A DNA stretch of 64,000 bases from the human T2T-CHM13v2.0 reference genome, Homo sapiens. Position numbers and translations under genes: made by a program. The notes beneath the pieces were generated by a model, which was not told the DNA's origin, made no database searches, and saw nothing but the letters and a program-made list of their open reading frames with translations. This document shows, one piece after another, positions 15,691-31,185 of this stretch. The DNA lies in the NCBI RefSeq assembly GCF_009914755.1, contig NC_060927.1; one strand, 5' to 3'. Every line of letters begins with the position of its first letter. The stretch's first letter is position 1.

Positions 15691-17274
15691 GCATGCCCAT
15701 TTCGAAGCATAAACTCGAGTTAGTCTGGAGACTTCATAGTGCAAAGTGCATGTGTAGCCAAGCTCTTCACTGACCTGATTTCAGTGATTGCTCTGAAGGC
15801 TGGTCATGGGGCCAGTGACCACGGAACTGCTAAGTCCTTGGTCAGTAGGATATTTGGAGGTCCCCAGGACTGGCTGGACCAACCACATCCTGGATTGATT
15901 TTCTTACAAATTGCAGACTTCCTGGCTGACGTAATCTGTGATGACAATCCCACAATGCCCTGATTGGGTGGGAGGGCGGGGACATTGGGAGCAGCTCCCT
16001 CAGTGAAATTTGGACAGCTTTTGACAGGGCCAGGATCAACAATATAGGTTAATTGTCATTCACCAGAGAGAGAACTTATGGGATAAAACTGAGTTGAGCT
16101 TATGGGGTGGTGTTTCAAAATTATCCTTTTTGGCCCTCTCTGTGTGGGCTGCTGTTGTCCATCTGAAACTCATCGTTGTTGTGTTATATATGAACTAAAA
16201 ACTGTCTTTCAGCTTTGCTTTTTCTCTTTGCTGAGAACTTGCAGAGTTCAGTGCCAAGAGGAGGCCTCAGGTCATTGCAAAGACACTGCTGACTCAGTTT
16301 TTTGTACCTAATGAATCTTTATTGGCACCGAGGTCTAACCTTGACACAGTGTGGTGAGTTATGCCTTGGCAGCCACTCTTAGGCACTGCATTCCTGTCCC
16401 TGTGAAACCCTTTATAAATAATGTGGGCTGGCTCACAGATGCTGCCAGCACACAGAGCCTTCGAGTAGTCTTAAAAAATGGGAAGTAGATGGGATGGTGC
16501 CCTTAAAATACAAGGAGCGTTCAGCGTTAAGTGTTGATGAATATCACTCTAAAAATACTGAACAATTTTTGTCAGTGCAGTTTATTGAAAATGGGCCATA
16601 TGAGTCTATACAGTCTGTTACAGTGGTATTAATTTTAAAAATTTGCATTCCTCCATCATCAGTGTTTTTTAAAAAACACTTTCAGGAATGATAAACATTC
16701 TTGATTCAGACTCTCTGCCAGCACTTCCTCATTTTAGCTTCTATGTCACTTTTCTCCCTGGGTTTTCTGGCAGGGAAAATTCTTCCTGGTACTTAGCAAA
16801 AATACAGTTGCATGAAGCTTACTTAGGGCCTTTGTTTTGTCATTTAAGAGACATATGTAGGACCCCCTCCTTGTGGGCTGCCATGATTGGGGACTCACCG
16901 TGAAAGGTGACCACACATGGCTCCTCCCTTAGCTTTGGTTCCTCTTGGTGTGATGTGATCAAGGTTATTGACACCCTAGTCTGTGCCACACTGTGAGCTC
17001 TGCGAATTCATCTTGTTCGCCACTCTGTTTTCCATGGCACCATGTTGCCCAAAGCATGGGAGGGACTTAATGCATATCTATTAAATGAATGAGGCATGGT
17101 CAGCGGGTGCAATTAGCTCTGTACAAACTTAGAATAAACAAGTCATTATTATGTGGACTCGAGCATATTGAATATCAAATCTTGCCTCTTGGAACACAAC
17201 AAATACATTCCCAAAAAGCTGTCATAAATTGATGTGATCACATTCACATCTTTTATTGAAATATAAAGTGCTCG

Positions 17275-18100
17275 ACATCAATTGCTGGTGAGGATGTGAA
17301 GCAATAAGAACTCTTGTTCATTGCTGGCAGGAATGCAAAACGGTAACAGCCACTTTGGAAGATGACTTGGCAGTTTCTTATGGGACTACACATACTCTTA
17401 CCATATGATCCAGCAATTGAGCTCTTTTGTATTTACCCAAATGAGTTGAAAACGTATGTCCAAAACCTGCAAGCAAATGTTTATAGCAGACTTACTCACA
17501 ATTGCCAAAACTTGGAAGCAACCAAAATATTATTTAATAGGTGAATGGATAGGCAAACGATGGTACTGCAGACAATGGAATGTTATTCGGTAATAAAAAG
17601 AAATGGCCTATCAAACTATGAGAAGACCTGGAGGAAATTCGAATGCAACCTGCTAAGTGAAAGAAGCCAATGTGAAAAGTCTACATGCTGCATGATTCCA
17701 ACTATATGCCATTCTGGAGAAGGAAAAACTGTGGAGACAGAAAAAAGATCAGTGGTGTCCAGGGGTAGGGGAGAAGCAGAGACGAATAGAATAGAGCACA
17801 GGAAAGTTTTAGGGCAATGAAACTGCTTTGTATGATACTGTAATGTTGGACACATGTCAAAACCCACAGGAAGTACAACACCAAGAGTTAGCCCTAATGT
17901 AAACTATGGGCTTTAATTAATAATGATGGCTCATCAGTTGTAACATATGTGCTACATTAATGCAAGATGTGAAGAATATGGGAAATTGTGTGTGTGAGGT
18001 GGAGGTGGATGAGACAAGGTGATATATGGGGAGTTCTATTTTCTTCTCAATTTTTCTGTAAACTTAAAATCACTCCAAAATATAAAATTAATTAAAGAAA
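17275..18100 (+). mobile_element. L1MC-type 3' fragment (ORF2 end plus 3'UTR)
   Basis: LPYDPAIELFCIYPNELKTYV relic and an L1MC 3'UTR (aatgtaaactatgg...). Confidence 0.8.
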
Positions 18101-19905
18101 AGGTAAAGGGCTTTAGAAACAGCCTGTTTTGTTTTAACCACTGGATTTATTTAAAAAGTATTATTTATGTCTTAATGCAGAATTCATCCAGTTGTTTCTT
18201 TGTGAAGAAGAATATACAATTTTGTTTAAGGAAAGGACACCTCCTCCCCTCTGACTGCAAGGAGGTCCGGTTGTGACATTTTGGCATTAACATTCAGCAT
18301 TCAAGTGAGTCACTTTGGCAGGCCACTCGACGTCTCCATGCCCAGGTTTCATCATCTGTAAAATTAGGATGATAATGCCTGAGGATGCTTAAAATCAGAG
18401 GCCTGCAGAGGGAGAACAGGGGCGCCTCAAGGCCCTTGAGCAATCTCCCAGGATGAGAGACCTCCTAGGGGGAGCTGCCTGGGCAAGGCATCTCCCTGCT
18501 GGCTGTGGCTTCTTCTCTGAAAAATGGTCATGTTGTTCTCTCCAGCCCTGGAGCTTTGTAATTCCTATTATGGTACTTAGCTTGGGAAATTGTCTATGAA
18601 TCAAAAACGCAGCAAATTGGATATCAACCAGATGCAAGCTAGAAGGCCAGTATTCAGTTACTAAAAGTCAAAAGGTAGAGGGAAAAGTCCGGGAAGCAAA
18701 TAGGATAATTAATTTTAATGGTTTATATTTGATATTTGTTGGCTGTGTTCTAGGACAATTTTTTTTCCTCCCACCTTCCTTTACTTCCTCTCATAAACAC
18801 TTCCCATGTCCTTCCACTCAACCACCCTTTTATGTTGCAGGATATGTGTATTATTTACTGGATCTCCAGTAAATAATATAAGGTACGGGGAGAGATGAGG
18901 TAGTATATTTAGTATTTCATAACTATGCATTATGGGAGAAATGACCTCTTATTAAACGAATGTATTGCACTAGCTTAGAGAAACAAATAGAACATGGCTT
19001 CAGGGTCTGTCCTCAAAATAGGTCTAGGCAAGCTCCCAAGTTCAAGTGGGAAGTAACACTTCCCCTAGGATCATGTTGCTCACCTTCAAGTAGGAATAAA
19101 TTAAACTCTATGAGATAATTGAGTTATTATTTCAAATATTCTCTGAAAACAAAGGTCTGGGAGATAAACTTTTGGGAGAGCCTGCTTAAACGTTGAACTG
19201 GCCCCTGCAGTATGAATTTGTCAGGCATGGGTAGAGGTCAGAGTGTGTGTTTTGGCATAGAGATAGAATAAAGTCCCTGGCATGTTGACAATGTGATGCC
19301 CAGCTCAAGTGAGTGAGCTGGCAGGCGTCCTAGGCTCACGCTAGGAACTCCACATAGCTTAGGCCTGGATGACAAAGGGTAATTTATGTCACGCAAGAAA
19401 CCAATGTCTCATATGGGAGTTCTCCAAGATATTTCCTCTGGAACACAAGTTCCAGGCGACACTCAGTGGAAATCAAGGGTTCCATGGTCAAACGTATTTG
19501 AGAAGTGATTCTTGCTCCTTCATTATAGTTGCATGACATCTATTAGTGTATAATTCTCAGATGTCTTGCAGTAAAGGAATCTGCTTAACTTTGTTGAAGC
19601 TGAAGCTGGCACTTCCCAAGCACTTGTTATTTGAAGGTAGTATATATACCTTTTGTTTGATGTAAATCATCCATGATTTTCTGGACTAGTGAATTTCCCT
19701 GAAGTAGCTTTTGGGGCACTTCTCCACTTCATGGGGCCATCTAAGGTTTGGCAAAGAGAGTCATGCTCAGACCTCTATTTTAGAGATTCTGTTGGCAGGT
19801 GGAGGATGTACTAGGTGAAGGACATGTATCAGGATGCCATTATAAGAATAAAAGGCAATGACAACAAATCATGAGGATGCTGGGTGTGTTTTCAGCATCC
19901 TAGGC

Positions 19906-20097
19906 CAGGAGTTAGCAAACTATGGCCCATGGGCCAAATGTGGTTGGCCCCCCACCTTTTTTTGTAAATAATGTTTATTGGAACGCAGCCATACCTTTTC
20001 TTTTATGTATCATCTTTGCACTGAAACTGCAGAGTTGGCCAGCAAAGCCAAAAATATTTACCATTTGGCTTTTTATAGAAATATTTGCTGACCCCTG
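19906..20097 (+). mobile_element. MER58A-like hAT MITE
   Basis: Terminal inverted repeats caggagttagcaaac / tttgctgacccctg. Confidence 0.8.
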
Positions 20098-21934
20098 CTC
20101 CAGGTAGTTGGTGGATTGATTTCGGTCAGGCCAGAGTAAGAGAATTATCTGTGTTTTTCAGTTCCAGTTTCTTCAAACAGATGAATGAAAAACTATACAT
20201 GCAAACAAAATTGCAAATACTAAATTCTAGGAATCAATTCTGACTTGAATTTTTAATAAAAGTGACAGAGACTGGGATTGTCAATCTGCCTTTTCAGCTC
20301 TGAACATTGCAGAGAACTGAAGACCTGTTTTCATTCCTGGTAGGCTCTGTTATCCCTCTTGTGGCAGGACTCAGGCTGCAGGGGTATCGAGAGGCCACCT
20401 TGTCCTGAGTTTTGGGCACTTAAGCTATCAATCGTTACCTTTGGTCTGACCCTGGGCTGTGTCACGACCCAGTAGGAATCTGGCTGTAGTTCTTGGCTCC
20501 TCTGTGCTCAGTTTCCTCTAGGCATGTTGATACTGGCAGATGCTGTCTGCCCTGTCCCTTGGAGAGTAACTTTCTACACATATTTCTTGGGGCACATGTA
20601 TTTATATATCATTCATAATGTAAAGTCTTGTGATGATAAAATATGTGCCCTGAAAAGTAGAGAGGGGCCATTCAACCCCATCACTCCCAGAAGACAGATT
20701 TATATGGTCCAATCAAGACCTGGGCTGCCTAACACCCAGAATGTGTTTTATTTGGTTTTTCTATGTCTCATCCATATGGCTTTAAAAAATTCGAAAATGT
20801 AGCGTTTCAATGGTGTTAGAGTGTTTGAGAGTCTATATAGTAAAAATTTCAAAAAAGAAGAAGACCTTAAGAATGGTTAATATTTGTCACTGCATTTTTG
20901 GTAGCAAGTGTTAAAAAATTCCATATTTTCAGATAGCTGCACACAAAACATAAAAATGTAATGTTTCTTAGCTGTGAAACATGCCAGTGAAAATGTTTAC
21001 CATAATCATGAGTTGACTGTTGTTTTTATGGAAGGTTAAGTACCAAGCAAAGAATTCCACAGCATACCAGATAGGTGGTCATAAATGGAGTGGGCAGGTT
21101 GGTGTGGAACCTGTCAAGTGGGTTGAAGACACTGCATACCTGACTAGGAGCTCTGGGTATCATGCCCAGGTCAAACAAAGCAGGCTAGGCTGGTGGGCTG
21201 TGTCCCCTAACATTGCCAGCATGATCTGTCTGGTTTTTGATTCTCATTGCAAAGGAAGTATCTAAGAATGACGAATTTTAGGCCCAGTTCAGCTTCTCAG
21301 GTTTTGCTTTTGAGCATATCCACTTTAGTTTTTTCATTTGAGGATCAGAAAATACCATTTACTTTGTGATTTCATGATGGGCAGATACCTGCATTACAAT
21401 CAGCGACATCCCATGATGTTTGCAAAACTTCATTTTTTAAACAGTGTGAGGCACCTATTGCAGCTAAAGAAAGCTTTAAATTTAAAAATGAGGCAGCTGT
21501 AGATGATTTTTAAAGACTAGGCTTGTGGTTGACCATGAACTGACAGGTTTGGTGACCTTGGGTGGGGTCTGAGCCTCAGGTTTTTGTCTGGTATAATGGG
21601 AATGATAGTAGCTGCCTTACCAGCCTCCTAGGCTTGCGAAAGTTATCCAGAGAGAGAGACAGGAGAGGATCTAAGAGATGCAAGCTAGTTTTTGAAGTGA
21701 CAGGCAGCTCCTTCTCTGAGGAAGACTCATGAAGTCTGGTGGAATTTTATGCATGTGCGTGTGTGTCTGTACATGCATACACTTTACTCAGCATGCAGAT
21801 AGGCCTGTGTGGGTTATGAAGACTAACCATCAACATGAGCGTTAACAGCTCCTGGGAGCTGAGAGATTATGATATGCTCAGCATTTCCCGTAACTGATTT
21901 CTCATCTTTTCAACAACACCACAATTAGTAGGCA

Positions 21935-22450
21935 TGGCACCCACCATAACAAATCACCACACATTTAGCAGGATAAGATGATGCCAGTTTATTGTCATCA
22001 TCTCTAGGTCAGAGGTCCAGGCACAGCAGAGCTGGTTTTCCTGCTCACTGTCTCACAAGGCAGAAATCAAAGTGTCGGCGAGGACGAAGGTCTTGTTTGA
22101 GGCTCAGGGTCTTCTTCCAAGCTCCTTCAGGTTGTTGGCAGGATTCATTCTGTTGAGGTCATAGGACTGGGGTCCCCATTTTCTTGCTGGCTTTTGGCCA
22201 GGATTTTGTCTCAGCCCTCAGAGGCCGCCTTCAAGTCCTAGTCATGGGGCTCTCTCACCGTGTGGCAGGGAATCAATGGCTCCCATTTCTGCTTATATAA
22301 CATCTTATATAATATCACCTAATTGAGGGGTGGCTATCCCATCATATTCACGGGCCCTGCCCACACTCCCGGGAGGGGAGTGTGCAGCACATATTGACCA
22401 GGGCCATGGGGATCTTGGCTGACCCTGTAAGAGAATTCTGCCTACCATAC
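21935..22450 (-). mobile_element. MLT1-family (ERVL-MaLR) LTR
   Basis: cataacaaatcaccac..tctcacaaggcagaaatcaaagtgtcggc..ttgttggcaggattca..agaattctgcctacca. Confidence 0.75.
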
Positions 22451-22774
22451 ATCCTCATTCTGCATGTGGGGGAAAATTCAGAGAGGTTGTATTTCTAGTC
22501 TAGAGTCACAAATCCAGTGCCGACAAAGCAGGGATTTGATTACTACCAGCCTTCCAGGCATGGTGCACTCCCATTTTATAGTATCAGAAGCATTGAGTGG
22601 GCACAGCTGAACAGCGGTGTGTGTCAAGCCTTGAGTCAACTGCAGCAGAGACCAGAACTCCCCAAAGTGTGGACCATGTACAAATGTCAGTTCAGGAACT
22701 GTTGATATCGCAATGAGATGGGAACAGAAATTGAGTATAAGTGTTAAATATTTATAAGAATATTACAATGTGCA

Positions 22775-23085
<311 letters not shown>

Positions 23086-25440
23086 TCACTTTTGCATTTT
23101 ATGAAAGTATTATACTACAGAGTATTGGAAAACACACATACACGATCGGACAAAACAAAACAAAAAAACCAAAAGCTGGCCCTTAACCAGTTATAGTGCA
23201 AGGTGTCCTGATGTCAAGCAGTTTTTCAATGCCACTGTCATCATATGGGGCCCCAGTTCCTTGCACTCTAGAGTGAGTATAGGATCGACCTGGGGAATAT
23301 TAGAATATTGTCACATTGGCCTCCTGGGTTAAAATAATAGCTGAGGTCTTTAATAACTTCTTCTGGTCAGTTCATCTTGCACATTTTTTCTTGCTAGGCC
23401 AAGCCTGAAAGCACTCCAATCTAATTTCCCCAGGATTTTGGGCACCCTCTGAATCTGAATATTCAGAAACCCCCAATGAGCATGCCTGTGTCATTGTTTA
23501 TTGAGTTTATGAAGAAGCTGTCTTACTGGCCTGCCAAGCAGTCAAGGTTGCTTTTGGCAAAGTCGTCTCAAGGTTCTTTGGGTGGCAGATCACCAAAACC
23601 CACAGTAAGCAGCATTATGACAATGAGGATTGGATGGTGAAGTAACAGAGGTGCATGATGGAGTGAGGTTGGGTCCAGGGAGTGACCAGGATCTGAGGAA
23701 GTAGCCCTACCCACTGGCTTCCTTCTCCTCTTAGCATGCTGGCTTTCTCTGAGCCTCTGTGCACCACCATCACCGATGGCTGCCCTTACTTCAGATATCC
23801 CACAGAGACTGATGGACATCTCTAACCTCCAATTCTAGATAGAGAAGAGTATCTGAAGAGACCGACTCGGTTAGATGTCCACTTTTGAGAACATGATTGA
23901 TTAGAACATTATGGCGCCTGAGCCCCTGCAGGTGGGTTTTTAGCCAGCTCTCAGAGAGGGTTTGGTATGCGCTGGGCAGACCCCAGAATGTCCATTAAAC
24001 CAACCGATGTGTAGAGGACACATTAATATTCTCTCCATGTAGGGTGTGTTGATTAGCTTCCTAAAAAATAATTAGTAAAGACTTTTTTGACACTTTCGTA
24101 GCTCAAACATTGCCTGAAACATGGCCCTGTTTTCATTAAGACCAAATATCAAAACAACAGGGACATACGATTTTATCTTTCTGAAAAATCTCTCCCTTCG
24201 GAATAGAAAGACCTTGAGCAATATCTAATTATTCTTGTGCCTCTTAATTTGATAGTTTGAAAAATGTTTTGTAGGCTTTAAGAACATTTATGGAAATTTC
24301 CTGTCCTTGCCACAGATCAAATTGTTTAAATGATGGACGGCAATTTTATATTGAGCTGTGATAATAGTATCTCATTTGCTGCTGCTTAAATGATTTCCTT
24401 TCCTCTTAACACATGTAGGTCAAGTTACTCCTTCAGCCTAAAAAAATTGTGAACAAAAAAGGATGGCAAATGGAAGAAAGCCAATTATACAACAATTTTA
24501 GACTTTTGAAGTAAGACCGTTGCATTTCCCATATTGATTACTTTTCACTTGATTATAGTGACTCTCTTCAGCTGTTTATTACAATATAGACCATAACTCA
24601 CAGACTGTACTTGTTCCAAACTAAATATAAGTGCAAAGAAGCGGAAAGAGGAAGGAGGTGAATGAAAAGTAGCATTTTTGACATCAATGAATAACCATCA
24701 AGTAAATAATCATATTTAGCTTTTTGAAGCGTTGTATTTGACTAATAACATATTGAACTCCTCTTGTCAGAGAAACTCAGATTTCTTAGTATGTACCATC
24801 TCATGCATTCTCATTATTTTCCATGGTAGATTGAAGACAAATTTTATGCTCTTTCTGTCTGATAGGAGATAAATGGGGAAATGAAATGGTTGGCAGCAAC
24901 TGCTGAGGTTTGTCATCTGAAATTGGATAGTAAAACTTGTGTTTCCTCAAACCTGGCTCAATTTACCAATTCACTTTGTTGAACCATTGACATGACTCAC
25001 AAATTAGACCTTCTGCTTCAAATGAAGTGGGGACCACTTCAAACATCCTGCAGTCCTCTGTCATGTTTGCTGAATCTTTAGTCAACAGACAATTCAGTGA
25101 CTTCTGGGCTCAAGACGCTCCACTCTGTGGCCTAGACAAACAAGTTCTGGACTTCAGAGGGCTTCTATTCCAGCAGATAAGATGTGTCTATAAACCTCTC
25201 AAACTGAAGGTAGAAAATGTGTCATGACATGAGGAATACACAAGTAAAGAAGTCATGAGGAGGAAGCCATTCAACAAATGTGTGGAATGCGTGATGGAGA
25301 TGGGGCACCACTGGCTTTTTCCTTTCCTCCTTCCCTTTCTTCTTCCCTGCCTCTTTCTCTCCTACATTCATCCTATTTTCACTGAGTAATGACTGTATGC
25401 CAGGGGCTGAAGAAACCCAGGTGGATAATACAGGCTATCC

Positions 25441-25954
<514 letters not shown>

Positions 25955-28065
25955 TCAGTACAGATTTGTCAAATGTTGCAGTGCAAGAGATCCAGAACCC
26001 CAGAGTAAGGAGGCATTTTTCTGCTTTGGAGTGTTCAGCAAAGTTTTCATGGAGCAGGGGATATTTGATTAGGGTGTTGAAGGAGGAGTAGGAGCTTGCC
26101 AGGCCAGGATGAAATGAGTCTAGTCAGAGACACCACATGTGGAAAAGACCTGCATGCTTATTGTTGGTTTGAATAACATGCAGTGTTCAATGATGATGGC
26201 ATGGGACTAACTTTTCCCATTACTCTACACTTCATCTAGAAAACTTCTTGAAATGAAAGAGAAGTTAGGGTTTCTTTTTGAGAATTAATATCCCCAGGGC
26301 TAGAAAATAGTTTGCTCTGAAACTTGGAAAGCAAATGTAAAATACATTTTTCCTCTGATCAGAAAATGTTTAAACCCATTAGGATGCAAAGATTAGGAGC
26401 TTAAATTGGATTCGCAGGAGATGTGCCAGCTCCACATATGTACTAGATTATTTTTTTGAAATGATGTAGGCACTGTGCCCATAAAGTAGAGTAGGGTTTC
26501 TTTATACAACTGAAAAACCAGCAGAGAAATCTTTGAGAAGGGCCTATGCATTTCACTTTGGAAATCACTGGCTTAAATATTCAGTAGACATGGTTCCTGA
26601 ATTTTGAAATCAGTTTTTCTTTACTTTCCTCTTTTTCCTCCTTTGCCCAGATGCCTCTTGATGAGAAAAAGGCAGCTGTTTGCTTAACTCCATGTATATT
26701 TGCATTATCCCAAATGATTCTGCAATAATGGTTAAAATTTTTAGAAATGGCTACAATGCTCATAAAGAGAAAAGCAACCTTGAATGGGAAGGGTGTTCCA
26801 AATTCAAAGCAGAGAGCAAAGAAAACAAGGGAGACTAAGCAAACACATTTTGCACATAAATGTTGTGGCGGGAATCCAGGCACCTGCCAGGTGGAAGTTG
26901 TTAGGAGTGATAAAGTGATTATTGACTTCGAATCTATCCATCGTTGCCCTCTCACATTTGATAAACTGCCAAGTCTAATTCTCTTAGTACCAGCTTACCT
27001 TTTCTAATAATTTTCTACTCCCAACAGCTGTCCAATCATATTTCTTAGAGATTTTTTTTTAAACCACAGGATTAACCAATATTTCTGTGTGCTAAATTTT
27101 GTTCACTAGACTCACTTGATCCTCCACTAAGGAAGACTTTTCAGTTAAATTACAAAAAGGCAGACCACTCCTGTGAATGGCAGTTCTGCTCCTAGCCCCG
27201 TTATGAGTATAGGGATCCTCTGGCCATCGGCACTTAAATGTCCCTGTCTTGTTTCAGATGCCCTCCACCGTATGGGATGAGAGAAGAAAGCCGGCATTTA
27301 GAGAAAGGAAAACTGTAGGGTCTAGTTCTGACCACCCATTATTTAATCTCAAGAAGCAGTTGTCAAATGTCCCTAGTTCAGAGAGAGTGCAGGGCTCATG
27401 AGGAATGAAACCCATCAGAGTGGTAAAAACACCATGGGGGAGTTAAGGCAAGAGAGAAGCACAGCCTTACAGGGGCTTGAACGACCCCTGGCCACAAGCT
27501 CTGCCCATTAACTTAGTGCCCAGTAGAGCTCATCCCAGATTTTTGGTAGTCCTCCTTGCCTTCTCACATGAACTTATTTTAAACTGGGGCAGGACCTTGC
27601 CACACCATCATGTTTTCCCAGAGTTTTTTGGGTTATGTTCCTTCCTCCTGCCCCTTTGGACTTTTTAACACTCGTTTGCTCTTTCTTGGCCCCTGACCAA
27701 GAAACGTTTTCTGCCATCCGCATGGCCTAGAGCCTTGCCCACCTTGAACTCTAGTATTTTGTGTGTCTGTCCTGTGATTCACCACCACTGTCTGCCTGTG
27801 GCTTATAATATTAGTTATCAGCAAAGAAAAATGCGCTGTTGGTGGCTTTCATTGAGTAGCTGTACCTTAGCAGCTGTGACTTATTAGAGAGCATAGATTA
27901 GGTGGTTTGTCTTAATGAAGTATTGGTAAATGAGAGTAATTATATAAGGAACAAGATTTTATTGGAATACATAGCTTGTTTTGACTTATTTTTTAAAAGA
28001 GTTATTATTTTAATGCTTATTTAAAACCACATCTGAGTTACCTGTAACATTCATCGTACCAAGTA

Positions 28066-28195
28066 CTCCTGTAATCTCAGCACTTTGGAAGGCCGAGGTG
28101 GGAGGATCGCTTGAGCCCGGGAGTTCTAGACCAGCCTAGGCAATGTAGGGACTTGTCTCTACAAAAACAAACAAACAAACAAAACCCCAAAACAA
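28066..28195 (+). mobile_element. Free left Alu monomer (FLAM-like)
   Basis: Single left arm ending in (CAAA)n. Confidence 0.8.
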
Positions 28196-28297
28196 ATAGT
28201 AGTTATTTGATTACCTATTCGTCTCCTTTACTATTTTGTGCAGTCTTCAAAGGGAGATCTTACTAGTCTTTGCTTAATAAATAATGGTTGAACTTCT

Positions 28298-28420
28298 GAG
28301 GGAGAGAAAGAAAGAGAAGGGGAGAGGGGCAGAGAGAGAGTGAAAGAGCAGGAGAGTGAGCACGGAAAGGAGGAGAGAGAGTGAGTGAGCACAGAACAGA
28401 GACAGAGAGGGAGAGAAAAC
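28298..28420. repeat. GA-rich purine low-complexity tract
   Basis: Direct inspection. Confidence 0.8.
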
Positions 28421-28548
28421 CCAGGTAAGTCACTGATCTTTTCTGCTTCATGTAAACTTGAATTTCCATTATATAACTGGCATATGTAGTGTAATCAGTT
28501 TAATAATCAGCATACGTGTCCTGCTCCAAGGTAATATTTGGGGGTAGG

Positions 28549-28862
<314 letters not shown>

Positions 28863-30544
28863 GGCAGTAGGGTTCTCTTATAGCTATCCTTCTTGCTATG
28901 TTAATTACCTTGCTTACAATCCCCCCAAATAGTGAAAGCTTAATTAATAGAATTGAAGTAATAACAATAAGTATACATATATCAGTGTCTAAGGGATCTG
29001 ACAGGTCACCAAAAGAGTTGTTGAGTTTCGTTTGTTTGTTTCAGGCTTGAGACTTTACAAAGGAGCATTGTCCTCTTAAACAAACAAACAAACAAACAAA
29101 AAACTTGTAAAATAATTTAATGACACAAACCTTAAAAAAAAAAACAGTGGTATAGAGTAGAACTAAGTTCATTTTGCTGGTGGGTGGGATTCGCTTTGAC
29201 AGTGACAGGGAGCCGTGGTCGTGCAGGCAAGTCACCTGCATGTGCTCAGTGGTGTGGACACTGCTTTAAGTGACTGCCGGCGGGCCTGAGGAACCGGACA
29301 AGTCAGGGCCTTGACTTCGTCATAATCTCTTTCCCATTGTCCAGCTGCTGTCCCCACTGGACCCCAGCCTCTGACCACCCTGGATCACCTTTCCTCTGAC
29401 TCCTCTTTTATTTAGGATGAATCTCAGCCCTTAGACTGATGGTCCAGGCTGGTCCCAGCTCTCCTCTCCACCCTTATTTTATTTGCTGCCCAGACAGGTG
29501 TGCCCTCCATTCCCCAAGGGCGTGTCGGCCTTTCCCACCTGGGACATCTGCCTTTTTTCTTCCGAACCTGCATCTGAAAGTTCATTCAGATTCTGTCTCC
29601 TCTGTGAAGTCTTCCTGGCCTCAGTAGTGGCAAGTCATCACTTTCTTGTTCAACCCTTATATCCCTATAACTCAGACCTCTTATTTGAAGTCTGGCAAAT
29701 TGCATTAGGCATAGTTATTATATTTATTATTACTAGATGTGACAACAAATTCCTACAGTGCAGACTGCGATAAGTAATTTGTAGCTCCCTTCAGTGTGTG
29801 GCCGTGTTTCTTCCATATAGTAGATGCTTAATAAATATTTTCTGACTAATTAGCTTCATGCCCCTTAAGATTAGATGTTCTTAATTAAACTTGTATCTTC
29901 ACGTAGCATATGAGCAATGGGAAAATCATTTTTGGAATGAGGTGGGCTATAAATAAACAGTAATAAATTATTATAAGCCTTTCAAAATGTTGTTGCAAAT
30001 CTATGATCTTTTTCTCCATTTGGTATTTATTTACCCTAGAAGTGAGAACCCTTTTAATTAGCAGTATTCATATTTTAGCTTCGGATTGAGCTAGAATTCT
30101 GCTAGATGCCATCAGACTTACAGTTCTTAGATGCCAGTAGTTGAATATTCACAATGTAACACGCTTCTAAGGATTTTAAAAATATGTTTAACTTACTTTT
30201 ATCTCAATAATATTTATTTAGCGTTTCTTGTTCACAGTTATTGCAAATGACAGTAATTCATCTAGTTAATCTGAAATGGGTCGTTGTGCTAAAGACACAT
30301 AAAAGATGCAATTAAGAATCCAATCCATATATAAGGAATGCTTAAAGGAGATTTCAGTCTCTCCACAGATTTGCCTAATCCCCTGGTGAGCGGATGAGAA
30401 CTTTTCTTCTGTTCATGTTGACTGGCTGTCACAGTGGCACATTCTGTGGAGGTGGATTGTACCCACTAAGTTATTGGTGGCCAAGGACTTATTGTACCCA
30501 TTAAAGAACACCAAACAACATTGCACTCTAATATACTAGAGACA

Positions 30545-31185
30545 CTTTTTTGGTAACAGTTTTATTGAAATAGTCACATAGCATATAATTTTTCCATTTA
30601 GAGTATATAATTCAGTGGGTTTTTTTTTGTATATTCATTCAGCTGTACAACCATTACCACAATCAGTTTTAGAATATTTTTCTCACCCCCGACTCCAGAA
30701 AAAAAAAAAAAAAAACAGTACACTTTAACATTTTTCCTTCAATCTCAGCATTCCTCCCAGCCCTAGGCATCCACAAATCTTTCTGTTTCTATGGATTTGC
30801 CTTTTTTGGACATTTCATGTAAATGAAATAATACAATACATGGTCTTTTATGTTCTTTGATTTCTTTCACTGAGCCTACCGTTTTCAAGAGTCATCTGCT
30901 ACATCTCAATATTCCTTTTATTGCTGAATGATATTCCATTGTATGGATACATTCCATTTTGTTGATCCATTCATCAGTTCTTGGACATTTGGGTTGTTTC
31001 CACCTTTTGGCTGTAATGATTGATGCTGCTTTGAACATTTGTGTATATGTTTTTGTGTGGACATAGGTTCTCATTTTCCTTGGGTGTGTATCTAGGAGTC
31101 GAATTGCTGGGTCATATGGTAACTCTTGTATTTAACCTTTTGAATGACTTTCCAAAGTGAACATACCATTTTACATTTCTAGGAA
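30545..31185 (-). mobile_element. L1MB/MC-type 3' fragment
   Basis: ORF2 C-terminal relic AKRWKQPKCPRTDEWINKMECIHTMEYHSAIK. Confidence 0.8.

Noticed and set aside
19875-19900. Hairpin ggatgctg...cagcatcc
   Set aside because: An 8-bp stem is expected by chance in 64 kb; no RNA gene context.
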